Source: Epithemia pelagica (lineage: Eukaryota > Protista > Bacillariophyta). Taken from it: a stretch of DNA of 64,000 nucleotides. A model generated the notes under the pieces. That model was not told where the DNA came from. It worked only from the letters and a program-made list of their open reading frames with translations, and ran no database searches. The stretch spans positions 2,356,001-2,420,000 of the forward strand of contig OX337234.1 in NCBI GenBank assembly GCA_946965045.2. Reading direction: 5' to 3'. Shown here piece by piece: positions 32,073 through 42,746 of the stretch; position 1 is the stretch's first letter, and every line of letters starts with the position of its first letter. A program made the translations under genes and the position numbers.

Positions 32073-34655
32073 TTACTCATCATCTTCATTGCTATTGGTG
32101 AAGGAGGACACCATTCCAAGATCCACCAGTATTTGGTATGCACGTTCCCCCGGATCAGTAATGGCCGCATATTTTCGCCTCAGGAGCTCGTCCTCGTCCA
32201 CGGACTTGGGTTGTCGCAATGGATCATTGTTGTAGGCAATGGCGTTTCGGAAAGATAAATAATCTTGCTCTTTCTTCTCTTTCTCGGTAATCTCAGTCAC
32301 GTTCCTACTTCTTTGGAGGCCTAAAGCAGCAGTGGATGGCACGGGTATCCTCAATGACGAATCGTTGTCGGGAAGTTCAGAGTCGGATACCTGACCATCC
32401 TCCTCGTTAGGCTTGGGTACTCTTATGTTACGATTTGCCCAGGAAAAGAATTTGAATGACCGTTTAGGCTCATCTTCACTTTCTTCGACACTTTCGAACT
32501 CGTCCTCCGCTTCGAGCAATTGTTCTTCCGGCAGCATTTCTTCTTGCTGACTTTCTTTTGTCCCAGTGAGAAACTCTGGCAAGGACACTTCACCAACTTC
32601 ATTCGTCGTCAAAGCTGGTTCGGACGGTGCATCCTCATCTGCATCACTTTCTTCATTTTCTACAGCGGTCGAATCAATGTCAAGTGGTGATTCCCTCGTA
32701 TCTGCCTCGGAAAGGGTAGCTTCCACCGTTTCCTCTGTTTCATCTTCGTCGGTGACCTGTTGAACTTTTTCCATGTCAGTTTCCTCGACTTTGGACTTGG
32801 GAGTGACCTGTTCCTCATTTGGTACCAAAGTGTCAGATACCAACGACGTCGGCGCGGACTCTGGCTCATCAACTTTCGATTCAGTTTTCACCATCTCAGC
32901 GATTCGAGCTTCAACTTCCAAGTCAATCTTTTCCATTTCGTCCGCAATAGTAGGTGCTTTTTCTTCGGTTGGTTCGATTTCGGCGGGTTCCTCTCCCCCC
33001 ACTTTATTCGATTCCGAGGCTTCGACCAATGAATCTTGTGAAATCGATGGAATAGTGGAAGACGATTCCTGTTCAGGAGTCACAACCGTATCTTCTGTGG
33101 TATCATTTGTGGAGACGGAACTAGCTCCAGAGATCTCTTTTTCGGTCGGCGATGGCGCGATTTCCACCTCTTTGACAGTGGAAGCATCCAGTACTTGAGC
33201 TTCTGTCACAGAAATAGTATTGGGTTCATCCAACACCTCGTCAATGACAACGTCTTTGGTTGTCTCGTCCGCCGCTTTGGAATCTGCAAAAAACATTTCG
33301 GCGCCAGCACTTCCGTCCGACACGGTCTCTGTGGTCTCTTTGACGTCACTCGCTGTCTCCTTTTCAGAAGCAGTTGTGCTGCTCTTTTCTGGAAAGGAGG
33401 CAAGCAGATCGTCGTCGAGTTCCTCTGCTTCTGCCGTCCCATTCAGCCAACCGGCGAATTCGGTCTCTTCCACAGGTGGTGGAAGCACCACCGATGAATC
33501 ATCCCTCACATCTTGGGTTTTGGTGGAACTGAGATACTCACCAAACTCCTCTCGTTCTTGTTTCCAAGTGACGGCATTCTTTTCGGCTTCATCAATCTGG
33601 GCCAAAATATTTTGTACCTTGCGACGAGCCAGTTCATCGCCTTTGGCGTTGCCATCCGTCTCGTCTTGTGTCGTCGACGACAATTCTGGATCCGTCTTGG
33701 CCGTCTCGTTCAAACCCATCATCTTGGCCGAGGCGGCCACCGCCTCACTGGACTGGAGGACAGTACCGTTGATTTCAGACACGAGAGATTGAGCAAATTC
33801 TAGTTTGGCGTCAAATTCTTGTTCCAGTTTTCGAACCTTGTCAAAGGCATTGTGGACACTTTGAATTTGTCCGGGCGTGCCATCACTTTTTCGATCGCTC
33901 CGACTTACCTTGGCGTCGGGGCCGGAGAATGCCTTTTTGGGATTGGGTATTTGATTGGCCAGTTGTGTGGCCACCATGCTTTCATCCAACAAAAATCGTC
34001 CCACCATGAGTCCCCCCGCTGCGGCCAAGAGGACGGTTCCCGATGCTGTCAAGAGTTTGGTGGGTCTCCTGGTCCTCCTCGTATTAATGGCCGATGTGGT
34101 CATGACACTTTCGGACTCTGACTCGTCCATTCCGTTTTCTTCGGGCAAGACAAGTGGTTCTTGGGGTGTCATCAAGGTGAGTTGAGGAATATCGGTGGTT
34201 TGTGACAACATACCCATGGAAGACCGTGTCGTGGCATCTACCGGCATGGAGTGACGTGTGGTCAGAAACAACACGAGCAACAGGGCGACCACGCAACGTT
34301 TGGCCTGTCGTAGCCAGTGGCGATCCAAGAAAAATCTCCAAAAAGACTGGAAGAGGGATGACATGGAGCGCAGACACTGCTCCATTCGTTCTCTCACGGA
34401 TACTCTGGTGGTCCGTCCATCTTGCATTCGCCAAAGCCTCAATCTCGTGTGGTCCGACGACGACTCATCACCACGATGGCATGTTGACCACGGCACGGTA
34501 GTCCGAGGAAACGGGTTCACCCTTGTGGCATGTGATGGGCCTGATCGACTCATTTGCTGGGAACTGGTGGAAAAGGAAAACCCATGACTGCATACCACCA
34601 ATAGCATCCACAAGATTGTTCCCCAGCAAAAGAGCAAGAACGGTTGACGAAGCAT
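32073..34655 (-). CDS. Plastid-targeted membrane protein C with long acidic tail
   Basis: Signal peptide ending SHG|F, PVDA|TTRSSMGML, TM KLLTASGTVLLAAAGGLM. Paralog of 35477-36826. Confidence 0.8.
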   Translation of the reverse strand: MLRQPFLLFCWGTILWMLLVVCSHGFSFSTSSQQMSRSGPSHATRVNPFPRTTVPWSTCHRGDESSSDHTRLRLWRMQDGRTTRVSVRERMEQCLRSMSSLFQSFWRFFLDRHWLRQAKRCVVALLLVLFLTTRHSMPVDATTRSSMGMLSQTTDIPQLTLMTPQEPLVLPEENGMDESESESVMTTSAINTRRTRRPTKLLTASGTVLLAAAGGLMVGRFLLDESMVATQLANQIPNPKKAFSGPDAKVSRSDRKSDGTPGQIQSVHNAFDKVRKLEQEFDAKLEFAQSLVSEINGTVLQSSEAVAASAKMMGLNETAKTDPELSSTTQDETDGNAKGDELARRKVQNILAQIDEAEKNAVTWKQEREEFGEYLSSTKTQDVRDDSSVVLPPPVEETEFAGWLNGTAEAEELDDDLLASFPEKSSTTASEKETASDVKETTETVSDGSAGAEMFFADSKAADETTKDVVIDEVLDEPNTISVTEAQVLDASTVKEVEIAPSPTEKEISGASSVSTNDTTEDTVVTPEQESSSTIPSISQDSLVEASESNKVGGEEPAEIEPTEEKAPTIADEMEKIDLEVEARIAEMVKTESKVDEPESAPTSLVSDTLVPNEEQVTPKSKVEETDMEKVQQVTDEDETEETVEATLSEADTRESPLDIDSTAVENEESDADEDAPSEPALTTNEVGEVSLPEFLTGTKESQQEEMLPEEQLLEAEDEFESVEESEDEPKRSFKFFSWANRNIRVPKPNEEDGQVSDSELPDNDSSLRIPVPSTAALGLQRSRNVTEITEKEKKEQDYLSFRNAIAYNNDPLRQPKSVDEDELLRRKYAAITDPGERAYQILVDLGMVSSFTNSNEDDE

Positions 34656-35476
34656 CCTGGAACACACGAACCTCCTCGCACTTGTGGCGTCAATCCAGCC
34701 TCACAAGGCAAAAGAGAAGACAGCGGACTCTTTTTCCTTCGACTCGACAGGGTCCCTGGGGCAACAACTGCAAAGTTGTACTCGTAGGAACACAAGCCAA
34801 ACGCAAAAACCCACAACACTTTCGTTTGGATTTTGGGTGGACGATTTGTCTATTGTCGGAATCCTCTTTTGCTCACTTGCTTGGCGGCAACTTTGGATCG
34901 CTCGGATCTGGAGCACGCATTGTGGGGTTTTGCGGTTATTCATCGGGTATCTGGAACCTGGAACTGCGACCAGCCTCCATCTGGATTTCATAAGGGCTAG
35001 GGTTAATGTGCGTCAGTCGTACGGAAAACTACTTTTGCTAGCGCGTACGTTCTCGTCGTGATGGGCTCCTAACAGAAATGGCTCTTTGGTTCGTCCGCTT
35101 CTCCTTCCTTTCACCTTTTCCCGACAGAACACGCCTATCCAGCCTGAAATTTACGGTAGGTAGGTTCGTCGTAGTTCCAGGAGATTGCCTACCGTATGCT
35201 CCTGCTCCTAACTTACAACAAGGAGAAGCAATGGCTCTTTCTTCTTGCTTTTGCATTCTCTATACAGAACACGCCTCTATCCTGCCTGTGATTATTCTCA
35301 AAGATACCGCGTGCATTGACTTGTATTTATCAACAACGAAAAACATAACCCAACAGGGCCTCTTGCTTCCGATACAAGGGACACAGAATCATTAAAAAAA
35401 TGGCTTTCCACGATGGGACTTGGCACGCGACAATCCCCACTGTCACAAAAGAAGGTAACCCATCCTGCTTCTTTCG

Positions 35477-36826
35477 CTACCTGATAATGTCGGCAAAAAA
35501 GAAGATTGGCCCTCGACGTCGTGCTTTCTTTGGTTTTGTCACGATTGTGTTCTCATTGTCTTTAGTCTTTCGGTTCTTCTTCATTTCATTGAGCCAACTC
35601 CCAAACTCGGTTTCTTCCACAAGGGGCGGTAGTGTCACTTCTTCACTATCCAGTCTATTCTTTGTTTCCTCAAAGTCTAGACTCAAGTCATCACGATCAT
35701 CCTTCCATGCAAATGCCGTCTTTTCTGCCCTTTGAAACTGGGTAACGAGAGATTCCATTGGAGGATCAGGGATCATCCCTTCCATTTCCATATCCTCGTT
35801 TGTGGCTGTTTGTTCTGTGCCACTTTCAGATGTATCTGTAACATTGTTGTCGTTTGGTTCATTCCACACTTCGTTCCATACCTCGGCAAACGTGCGTTTC
35901 TTGATGGCCTTGGCAACTTCTGCCGATTCCTTGAGTGCCTCACTGGATTGCTCCACCGTCTGGCTAATGTCAGACAATAGGGATTGGGCCCGACGGAGTC
36001 GATTCTCTTGCTCTTCTTCCATGGTTCGAATCCGTTCAAAATCGTGTTGAATCAATGCAAAATCACCCGAGGTGGAACTTTTGTCCCAAGTCTTGCTCTT
36101 TTGGTCGACAATGGTTTGGGCCGTTTCTCTCCAAACAGCCCGCTCTTGTGTTATTTCGTCGTCGTCCTCCTCCTGAATCCAATTGCGCAACATGAGTCCC
36201 CCAGCCGATGCAAGTAGGACAGCTCCCGAAGCTGTCAAAATTTTGGTCACTTTGGGACTGGACAGCGTCGAGAGTGCCGATAGTCGTTGTACCACCGTTT
36301 CGACAACCGTTGATGGTTGGACACGTTCGACCACAGTTGCCGGAGGAGCGTTGTGGCCCAACTGTGCCAAATCCGTGGCTGTGGACAACAGTCCCATGGA
36401 CGAGGTAGACGTGGCGTCTGCGGGTCCCATTCCCAGCGGTTGAAACGTCCAAAACACAACCAAGGCCAGACCCAACAAGAGGCGTTTGGGACGGAACGAC
36501 TGCCAGTGACGGCGGAACTGGAGTGTTTGGATCCATTGCCTCAACTGTTGCATTATTCGCCCACAAAATCGTGCAATCCAACGAGATGAGTGTCTCTGGA
36601 ACCGCAATGGAGTCCAAGAGGATGAGCTCCTTCGAAACAATAATGTGGTACGTTCCGAACGTTGTGGTTCGGCGTTTCTTGTGAGACGACGACAAGTGCA
36701 CGCGGATTGAATGGACGAGTGTGGTCGCTGTCTCTGCAGTATCCCGTCTCGTGTGGTGGGGACCATAAATCCATGCGTCAGTGACGCAAGATGATGGAGG
36801 AGCAAAGGCAGTAAGAGCAGACGCAT
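35477..36826 (-). CDS. Plastid-targeted membrane protein D, tandem paralog of C
   Basis: THG|F, PADA|TSTSSMGLL, KILTASGAVLLASAGGLM, LPPLVEETEFGSWLN (C has LPPPVEETEFAGWLN). Confidence 0.8.
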   Translation of the reverse strand: MRLLLLPLLLHHLASLTHGFMVPTTRDGILQRQRPHSSIQSACTCRRLTRNAEPQRSERTTLLFRRSSSSWTPLRFQRHSSRWIARFCGRIMQQLRQWIQTLQFRRHWQSFRPKRLLLGLALVVFWTFQPLGMGPADATSTSSMGLLSTATDLAQLGHNAPPATVVERVQPSTVVETVVQRLSALSTLSSPKVTKILTASGAVLLASAGGLMLRNWIQEEDDDEITQERAVWRETAQTIVDQKSKTWDKSSTSGDFALIQHDFERIRTMEEEQENRLRRAQSLLSDISQTVEQSSEALKESAEVAKAIKKRTFAEVWNEVWNEPNDNNVTDTSESGTEQTATNEDMEMEGMIPDPPMESLVTQFQRAEKTAFAWKDDRDDLSLDFEETKNRLDSEEVTLPPLVEETEFGSWLNEMKKNRKTKDNENTIVTKPKKARRRGPIFFFADIIR

Positions 36827-37440
36827 TTTGGACCCCGAAATCGAGTTGTTGATTCGACGAGGAGCCCTCGATGATGATCTCGTTCTTAGTTCGCAATAAA
36901 GGTCGACGTCAATGATACGTCCTAGAAGTCTGTTTCCTGCACCGTTTGGTTTTCTTCCAAGACACTTTTAAAGTACGACATCGATGCCTCCAAAGAGGTA
37001 AATTGAAATGAAAAAATGGGCGAAATTCTTGCACTTGGGAGATGCGTTGGATGATTCAGAGAATCATTTGACGGGTGACGGTCAGGCTCATGTACGCCTC
37101 GCTACCTATATCTTTTGATCTGTCGATGCTGGAGGCTACTCCCTCTAGGTAATAGCAATGGTGGTTTGACAACGAAGGGAACATAATGAGCCCAAAAAAG
37201 AATTGATAATCATCTTTTCTTCAAGTGTACATCGTTTCTTTACGTCCATATATGAATTCTCAAAATAGCATGACTCGCATGCGAAGAACACCAACGCGGT
37301 ATCCACGGTGACGACACCAAGAGGCTCCTCTCGCTGTGTTTCATATTTCGCCGCCAGGCTTGACACCAGTAGGCTCGTTGCAGAGACAAAACTTCCGTAA
37401 CAAAAGTCCATGGCATGGAACTGAGTTACACTTACATACG

Positions 37441-38508
37441 TCAAGCCCCGACTGATCTTGTTGTGGCCAAGGCCGCGGCGTAGCTCACACTGCTGTCGCG
37501 CATACTTGTTGCCGCCATTGACTGAGCATATTTGACAAATGATATTTCCAACGAGGAGGATGATTCGTTTGTGGATGCGCATTCAATAGCACGAAGCCAA
37601 ACGGCCACAGCATGTCGACCACATATTGTGTTATGAGTTTGTTTCAAATATTCGGCAAAGGCCCCAGGTGTCTGTGCGGCGATCAGATCCATACCACGAC
37701 GGTCAAGTTGTTCGATGAATTCATGAATTGGTTGAGGTTTCCCGTTTGACGAAGCAGAAGATGAGACTGGAGTTGGATTGTATCGAAAACGTGAACCCCA
37801 GTGACAAAAGTCGGTGCTAATCACCGTGAGTACTTCCTCACGATCCAAAATGGATGTGAGGGATTTTCCGAACGATTTTTCCTGCTCTACTGAGAGTGCC
37901 CCACACATGATTGGTAGTATACGGACGCTCTCCAGAAGACCAAGTGAATGCAAAATGTAGGCAATGTAGGGATACTGCATTTCCCCCGAGTGTTCGTGTT
38001 CATCGTCCGTTTGGGACATAACAGAAAATTTGGGCGACTGTCGCATCTTTCCGGTTTTTAGGATTTCTTCCCGCAGAGCACTGTCAATCATTAAATTTCC
38101 CACAGGAGTCTCCACCACACTTGCACCAGATACCGCGCATCCATTCAAATAAACATGATGGGAGGGGTGCAACACCACAATTGTTCGAACATTGCAAGAC
38201 GGTGATGCTAGCTCGTGTCGGAGGGCCCTGTAGGAATAGGCTGCCGTTGGTCCTGAATAGCGATAACCAGCATGAGGACAAACAATTCCTCGCAGCGTAA
38301 GACTAAAGGAGCCACCCACTTCACTCCCAGCCTCACTACCGGTCGTCGTCCTGGACGAGGACAGAGCCTCCACGGTTTCGGTGGGTAAGTTCGCCACTGC
38401 CATGAACTTTTCCAATGTCGCGGCAAGGTCCTCCGAGTTGTCTTGATACCAGGATCCCGCATGATGTGCACTACGAACGTACGATGTCGACCGACCCTCC
38501 GATGGCAT
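37441..38508 (-). CDS. MEMO1: MEMO1 family protein
   Basis: RSAHHAGSWY, PHAGYRYSG, PSHH, EHSGEMQYP, ISTDFCHWG, NTICGRH, SSVSYAA. Confidence 0.93.
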   Translation of the reverse strand: MPSEGRSTSYVRSAHHAGSWYQDNSEDLAATLEKFMAVANLPTETVEALSSSRTTTGSEAGSEVGGSFSLTLRGIVCPHAGYRYSGPTAAYSYRALRHELASPSCNVRTIVVLHPSHHVYLNGCAVSGASVVETPVGNLMIDSALREEILKTGKMRQSPKFSVMSQTDDEHEHSGEMQYPYIAYILHSLGLLESVRILPIMCGALSVEQEKSFGKSLTSILDREEVLTVISTDFCHWGSRFRYNPTPVSSSASSNGKPQPIHEFIEQLDRRGMDLIAAQTPGAFAEYLKQTHNTICGRHAVAVWLRAIECASTNESSSSLEISFVKYAQSMAATSMRDSSVSYAAALATTRSVGA

Positions 38509-39587
38509 GCTTTCGTCCTTTACGGATCGGTTCCCCATCCTTATCCTGATCGATTTCGAGTTTCGAAGATATGTCAACAGATTCTCAAGATACCTTTCTG
38601 CGTGACGGCGGAGCAGCTCTCTTACTTCTATTCTCCAGCGGGATGATTCCTGGTTTACCGAAATTGAATTCACGAATGTGAATCCAACTATACACAGGAC
38701 TGTACATATCACATATGTGATATGCGACCATATAAATCATGCTTGGTAGTAGACAAAAGAACTGACCACTGACAACGATTATCGCCGTTAGGTTTATCGC
38801 GCGCACCGTCCGTTGTAGATGTAGAGTTGTAGTCGTGGTGCGGGCATGCGTACGGAGACGCTGTTAAATGTGATAATCTAAAATGTTAAGTTTAACGGGA
38901 TCCTTGAAATCGAGTGCGCATAATATTGGATAATGGTGCACTGAATCAATTAGTACTTATTTGACTTCCAGAGCTATGATGAAACTTTGAGTATTGTTTC
39001 TTTGCAACTTCAAAAGTTTTTCATCAGAGCAGACAAGTTTCGGCACCCTCAGTCCTGAGTGACCAGCACAGCCCCCATAAATTCAACTCAAGGTCATTGA
39101 GCCCCACACGGATGACTGCTTTCAACTTTCAATGGGAGACAAGCAGAGAAAACGCGCGTCCCCCATCACACCATCATTCCCCCGTTTAAACACTTTAACG
39201 ACAACAATAGGAGAACGCCCAATCGGAACTTCCTCCAAGTGAAGCCTTAAACCTCCTCGACCTGTTTGTCATTCAAGTCCTTGCTGATTGAGTGGCTTGA
39301 TCATCCACGAACAGAAAAGTGAGGTTTGATCATCCCGGTCAAGAAGCAGGATCTTCTGGAGGTATCTCTTTTGGAAGCTTTCCTTTATCGATCATCGAAG
39401 CATCCATCCTTCCTGACTGTTGGCATTCCTGTAACTTCGCAGTAGAGAGGGCAGATTGGCTCGTTGCGTAAACCCTTTTACTCTCCTCCTTGTTTCATTC
39501 GCAACTCTTCTCGGTTGCCTTGAAAGATTCTGTGTACCAAAATATTCGCACCCCGTTTGTTTCATATCCACCGACAAAAGATCAAGA

Positions 39588-41984
39588 ATGGGTTGCAGTT
39601 CTTCCAAACCCAAGCCCAAGTCAATGGCGGACGAGCGGCACTTGCTAGGAGATGATGCAAACCCTAACAGTCCACGTGACATGATGAAAGCAGATCCATC
39701 AGTAACACAAGCTGCGAAGAGCATACAGAATACCCCCCAAAACAACACTCCCAAGAAATCGTACGGTGCTGGACCTGCAATGGGCCCAAATGGCAAGAAG
39801 CAACAGGGACAAACATTCAACCGTGCAAAAGACCGTGTCGATGCTATTCCAGAATCAAAAGTGATCGACACCAAAGACATTCGTCTCCGATACGCGTATT
39901 TCTCCCAACGTGGTTTTTACCCTGACGATCCATTCAAACCAAACCAAGATTCCTACTGTGTTCATGAGTCAATTTCCCAACAAAGCCAGCACGGAGGAGT
40001 GAAGATGGACTCTTTGTTCGGGGTTTTCGACGGACACGGAAAGGATGGAGATGGCTGTGCTCAGTTCGCAAGAGCAAACCTACCAGGGCAGCTAAAGGCT
40101 GCACTGGACAAAGCAAGAGCTAAGAGTGATCATCATGATCTTCAACGAGATCAAATTCAAAATGCTATTCTCCGAGCCCACGTGGAGACGAATAAAAACC
40201 TGCACAAAAACCCCCACATCGACGACTCTTTGTCGGGAACCACTGCTATCACTGCGTACTTCCATGGGCGTCGGAATCGGCTTACCATTGCAAATGTCGG
40301 TGACAGTCGAGCTGTACTGGGTCAAATGAGCGGTGGTCAAAGCGGAGGCGGGGTGCGAAAAGAAGGACCACCCAGCACCATCAAAGCTTACGCTCTTTCT
40401 CGTGACCAAACACCTTACCGAAAAGATGAACGTGTTCGTGTTCGAGCTACGGGTGCACGGATTTTGTCGCTCGACCAGCTTGAAGGATTGGAACCGATCA
40501 ATGAGGATCCTTCGGAAAACGAGGACGATTTGGAGCTCGGTGAAGAACTCGATGAGGGAGGAGATCCACCGCGAGTGTGGGCCCCGAATGGCGACTACCC
40601 AGGAACTGCTTTCACCCGTTCAATTGGTGACGCAATGGCTGAAGATCTAGGAGTATTCGCTGAACCCGAAATGCTTTCAAGAGAGATAACTCCAGATGAC
40701 AAGATCATTGTCCTCGCCAGTGATGGGGTCTTTGAGTTTTTGACCAATCAATCCGTCATTGATATCTGTGCCAAGTTTGGCGATCCGCTGGAAGCTTGTC
40801 GCGCCGTTGTTGCCGAGGCATATGAACTTTGGCTCCAGTATGAACTTCGAACAGACGACATTACTATCATTGTAATTTTTATCGATGACGTGAAGTTTGA
40901 TAACAGTACTCGACGACAGTCAGTGACTGGTTCTCTGCCAGCTGGTCGCCAGGATCTGGTATCTGCGGCACAAAAGGCCAAAGCAGAGCACTTGGCGGCT
41001 AAGGCAGACAGCGATGACGTGGAGACCGACGATGAGGAAATGGAGAACGTAACGCTGACCACAGAGGGCTTGCGCCCAGTCAGGAAGAATGTTTCGAAGG
41101 AGAAGTCAAAAGAAATTGCCAAGCTGAGGGCTCTCGGAAATTCATCTCATCACGAAGAAGAGAACTTTGATCTGTCCGCACTAGCAACACCCAAGACAGC
41201 AGAAGAAAAGAGAAGCATCGAAGAAGCGATCAAAGCTTCTGTCATGTTCCGAAACATCAACGATGAGCAGAGACAGATGATCTACTCATGTATGGAGTCC
41301 GTCAAAGTTAAGAAGGGCACATGGGTTATCCGCCAGGGGACTGTCGGAGACCGCTTCTATATCATCGACGAAGGCCAGTTTGAAGTCAGGATCCTTCCCG
41401 ATGGTATGGAGGACGAAACTGGTGAAGGTGGAAATATCATCCATGTGTACGAGGGATCTCGAGCGAAACGAATCCATCCCGCCTTTGGAGAACTGGCTCT
41501 AATGTACTCCGCCCCACGATCAGCCTCAATTGTGGCGAAATCGGACGGTCACCTGTGGGCTTTGCATCGAGCGGCGTTCCGTCAAGTTCTTATCCAAGCA
41601 CAAGATCATAGAAAAGAACTGAAGACGGCACTAGCAAGAATCCCTCGTTTCAAATCACTTGACTCGGACGGTATCAATAAGCTTGCCGCGATCATGGATG
41701 AAGTGACTTTCGGTCGGGGTGAAAACATTATTGAACAGGGACATTCCGCCAAATCTCTGTTTGTCATCAAAACCGGGTCATGCTATACCATCCAAATGTT
41801 ACAGAGTGAAACAAGACGTGGTACAATGAAAGCTGGGAGCTACTTTGGTGATGAAGTATTCAATGCGAAGGGCAATTACTCCAAAACTGTCGTTAGTTTA
41901 CAAACGACAACATGCTGGCAACTCGAGAAGGAAGTGGTGACGCAGACTCTCGGGCCCCTCTTGAAAGCTGCGGGTGCAAAATGA
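39588..41984 (+). CDS. PP2C phosphatase fused to two cyclic-nucleotide-binding domains
   Basis: MGCSSS lipidation-type N-terminus, NQDS, GVFDGHG, SGTTA, ANVGDSRAV, AFTRSIGD, LASDGVFE, DDIT. cNMP motifs FGELALMYSAPRSASI and a second, degenerate domain. Confidence 0.92.
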   Translation: MGCSSSKPKPKSMADERHLLGDDANPNSPRDMMKADPSVTQAAKSIQNTPQNNTPKKSYGAGPAMGPNGKKQQGQTFNRAKDRVDAIPESKVIDTKDIRLRYAYFSQRGFYPDDPFKPNQDSYCVHESISQQSQHGGVKMDSLFGVFDGHGKDGDGCAQFARANLPGQLKAALDKARAKSDHHDLQRDQIQNAILRAHVETNKNLHKNPHIDDSLSGTTAITAYFHGRRNRLTIANVGDSRAVLGQMSGGQSGGGVRKEGPPSTIKAYALSRDQTPYRKDERVRVRATGARILSLDQLEGLEPINEDPSENEDDLELGEELDEGGDPPRVWAPNGDYPGTAFTRSIGDAMAEDLGVFAEPEMLSREITPDDKIIVLASDGVFEFLTNQSVIDICAKFGDPLEACRAVVAEAYELWLQYELRTDDITIIVIFIDDVKFDNSTRRQSVTGSLPAGRQDLVSAAQKAKAEHLAAKADSDDVETDDEEMENVTLTTEGLRPVRKNVSKEKSKEIAKLRALGNSSHHEEENFDLSALATPKTAEEKRSIEEAIKASVMFRNINDEQRQMIYSCMESVKVKKGTWVIRQGTVGDRFYIIDEGQFEVRILPDGMEDETGEGGNIIHVYEGSRAKRIHPAFGELALMYSAPRSASIVAKSDGHLWALHRAAFRQVLIQAQDHRKELKTALARIPRFKSLDSDGINKLAAIMDEVTFGRGENIIEQGHSAKSLFVIKTGSCYTIQMLQSETRRGTMKAGSYFGDEVFNAKGNYSKTVVSLQTTTCWQLEKEVVTQTLGPLLKAAGAK

Positions 41985-42293
41985 TGAGTTTGTATCCAGA
42001 ACTAAAATGGTTTCGCAATTTACCGGTAGGCAGGAAGCAAGGAGGGATCGCCCCCATGTGCTGCGTCGGTGTAGAACCGTCGTGTAGTGTAAAGAGCGGT
42101 GTTCAGTCTTCATCCCTGTGCGTGTGTTTACTTCAATGTGTCTGTTTAATATACCTTCATTCGCAATGTTTCAATCCTTTTCTTCAAATACGGTTGCCCA
42201 AATATAGCTTAGTGCCCTGGAGTGTCACGTTCGAAGTCCGAAAGGTAGTCTCCACAGAGATCAGGGGTTGCCGAAAATGGGACGGCGACATCG

Positions 42294-42467
42294 TGAATAA
42301 ATCCCGCCAACAGGTCGCATATTGGCGGATACATGGTCGCATATTGGCGAATATGCATCGCCTACATATGCTGCTACGCATCTAGTTTTCTAGTCATAAT
42401 TTTGGTCTAGCCACTTGTTGTACGCCGTATACACCGTGTTGTAGCGTGTAGTGGCAGGATTTATACA
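42294..42467 (+). repeat. 5' LTR (174 bp)
   Basis: TGAATAAATCCCGCCA...TGGCAGGATTTATACA (14/16 terminal inverted repeat). Internal 15-bp direct repeat GGTCGCATATTGGCG at a 22-bp period. Confidence 0.97.
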
Positions 42468-42482
42468 GTTTATCAGACTCAA
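42468..42482 (+). other. Primer-binding site (non-TGG, half-tRNA type)
   Basis: GTTTATCAGACTCAA abuts the LTR. Its reverse complement reads TGAGT-CTGATAA-AC, an anticodon stem-loop truncated at position 40. Confidence 0.65.
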
Positions 42483-42490
42483 CTCGCAGA

Positions 42491-42562
42491 GCCGCAGTGG
42501 TTTAGCTGGTAAACGTTTCCTGTTGGCTCGTGGTGCCAGGGGTTCGAATCCCCTCAGACTCA
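42491..42562 (+). tRNA. Non-canonical tRNA-like sequence (intact D and T arms, broken acceptor and anticodon stems)
   Basis: TG-GTTT-AGCTGGT-AAAC D arm, AGGGG-TTCGAAT-CCCCT T arm, and canonical 23-nt spacing between them. Not expected to decode. Confidence 0.65.
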
Positions 42563-42746
42563 GCTTTAAGTTAAGACTCCCAATTTCTGGGGGCCGCCAT
42601 ATTTGGGGTGTATGGTACAAGACGTTTCCCCGCTGGTTAAAAGTGCATGTTCTTCTTAAGGGTGGCAGATTGACCCCGGTCTTCGGGCTAGAAGGGGTTC
42701 ACCGCCTTGCACATACGCTATATGCCAATGCACGGGGGAACTAAAA

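Noticed and set aside
37145-37582. 145-aa ORF overlapping the 3' end of MEMO1
   Set aside because: It overlaps a well-supported gene in another frame and has no homology signal.
42468-42530. Possible minus-strand hammerhead ribozyme (GAAAC ... CTGATAA)
   Set aside because: The core is CUGAUAA rather than CUGANGA, and stems I and III cannot be built.
42491-42562. Functional or UGA-suppressor tRNA that could read the gag TGA
   Set aside because: There is no UCA anticodon, no U33, and neither the anticodon nor the acceptor stem pairs.
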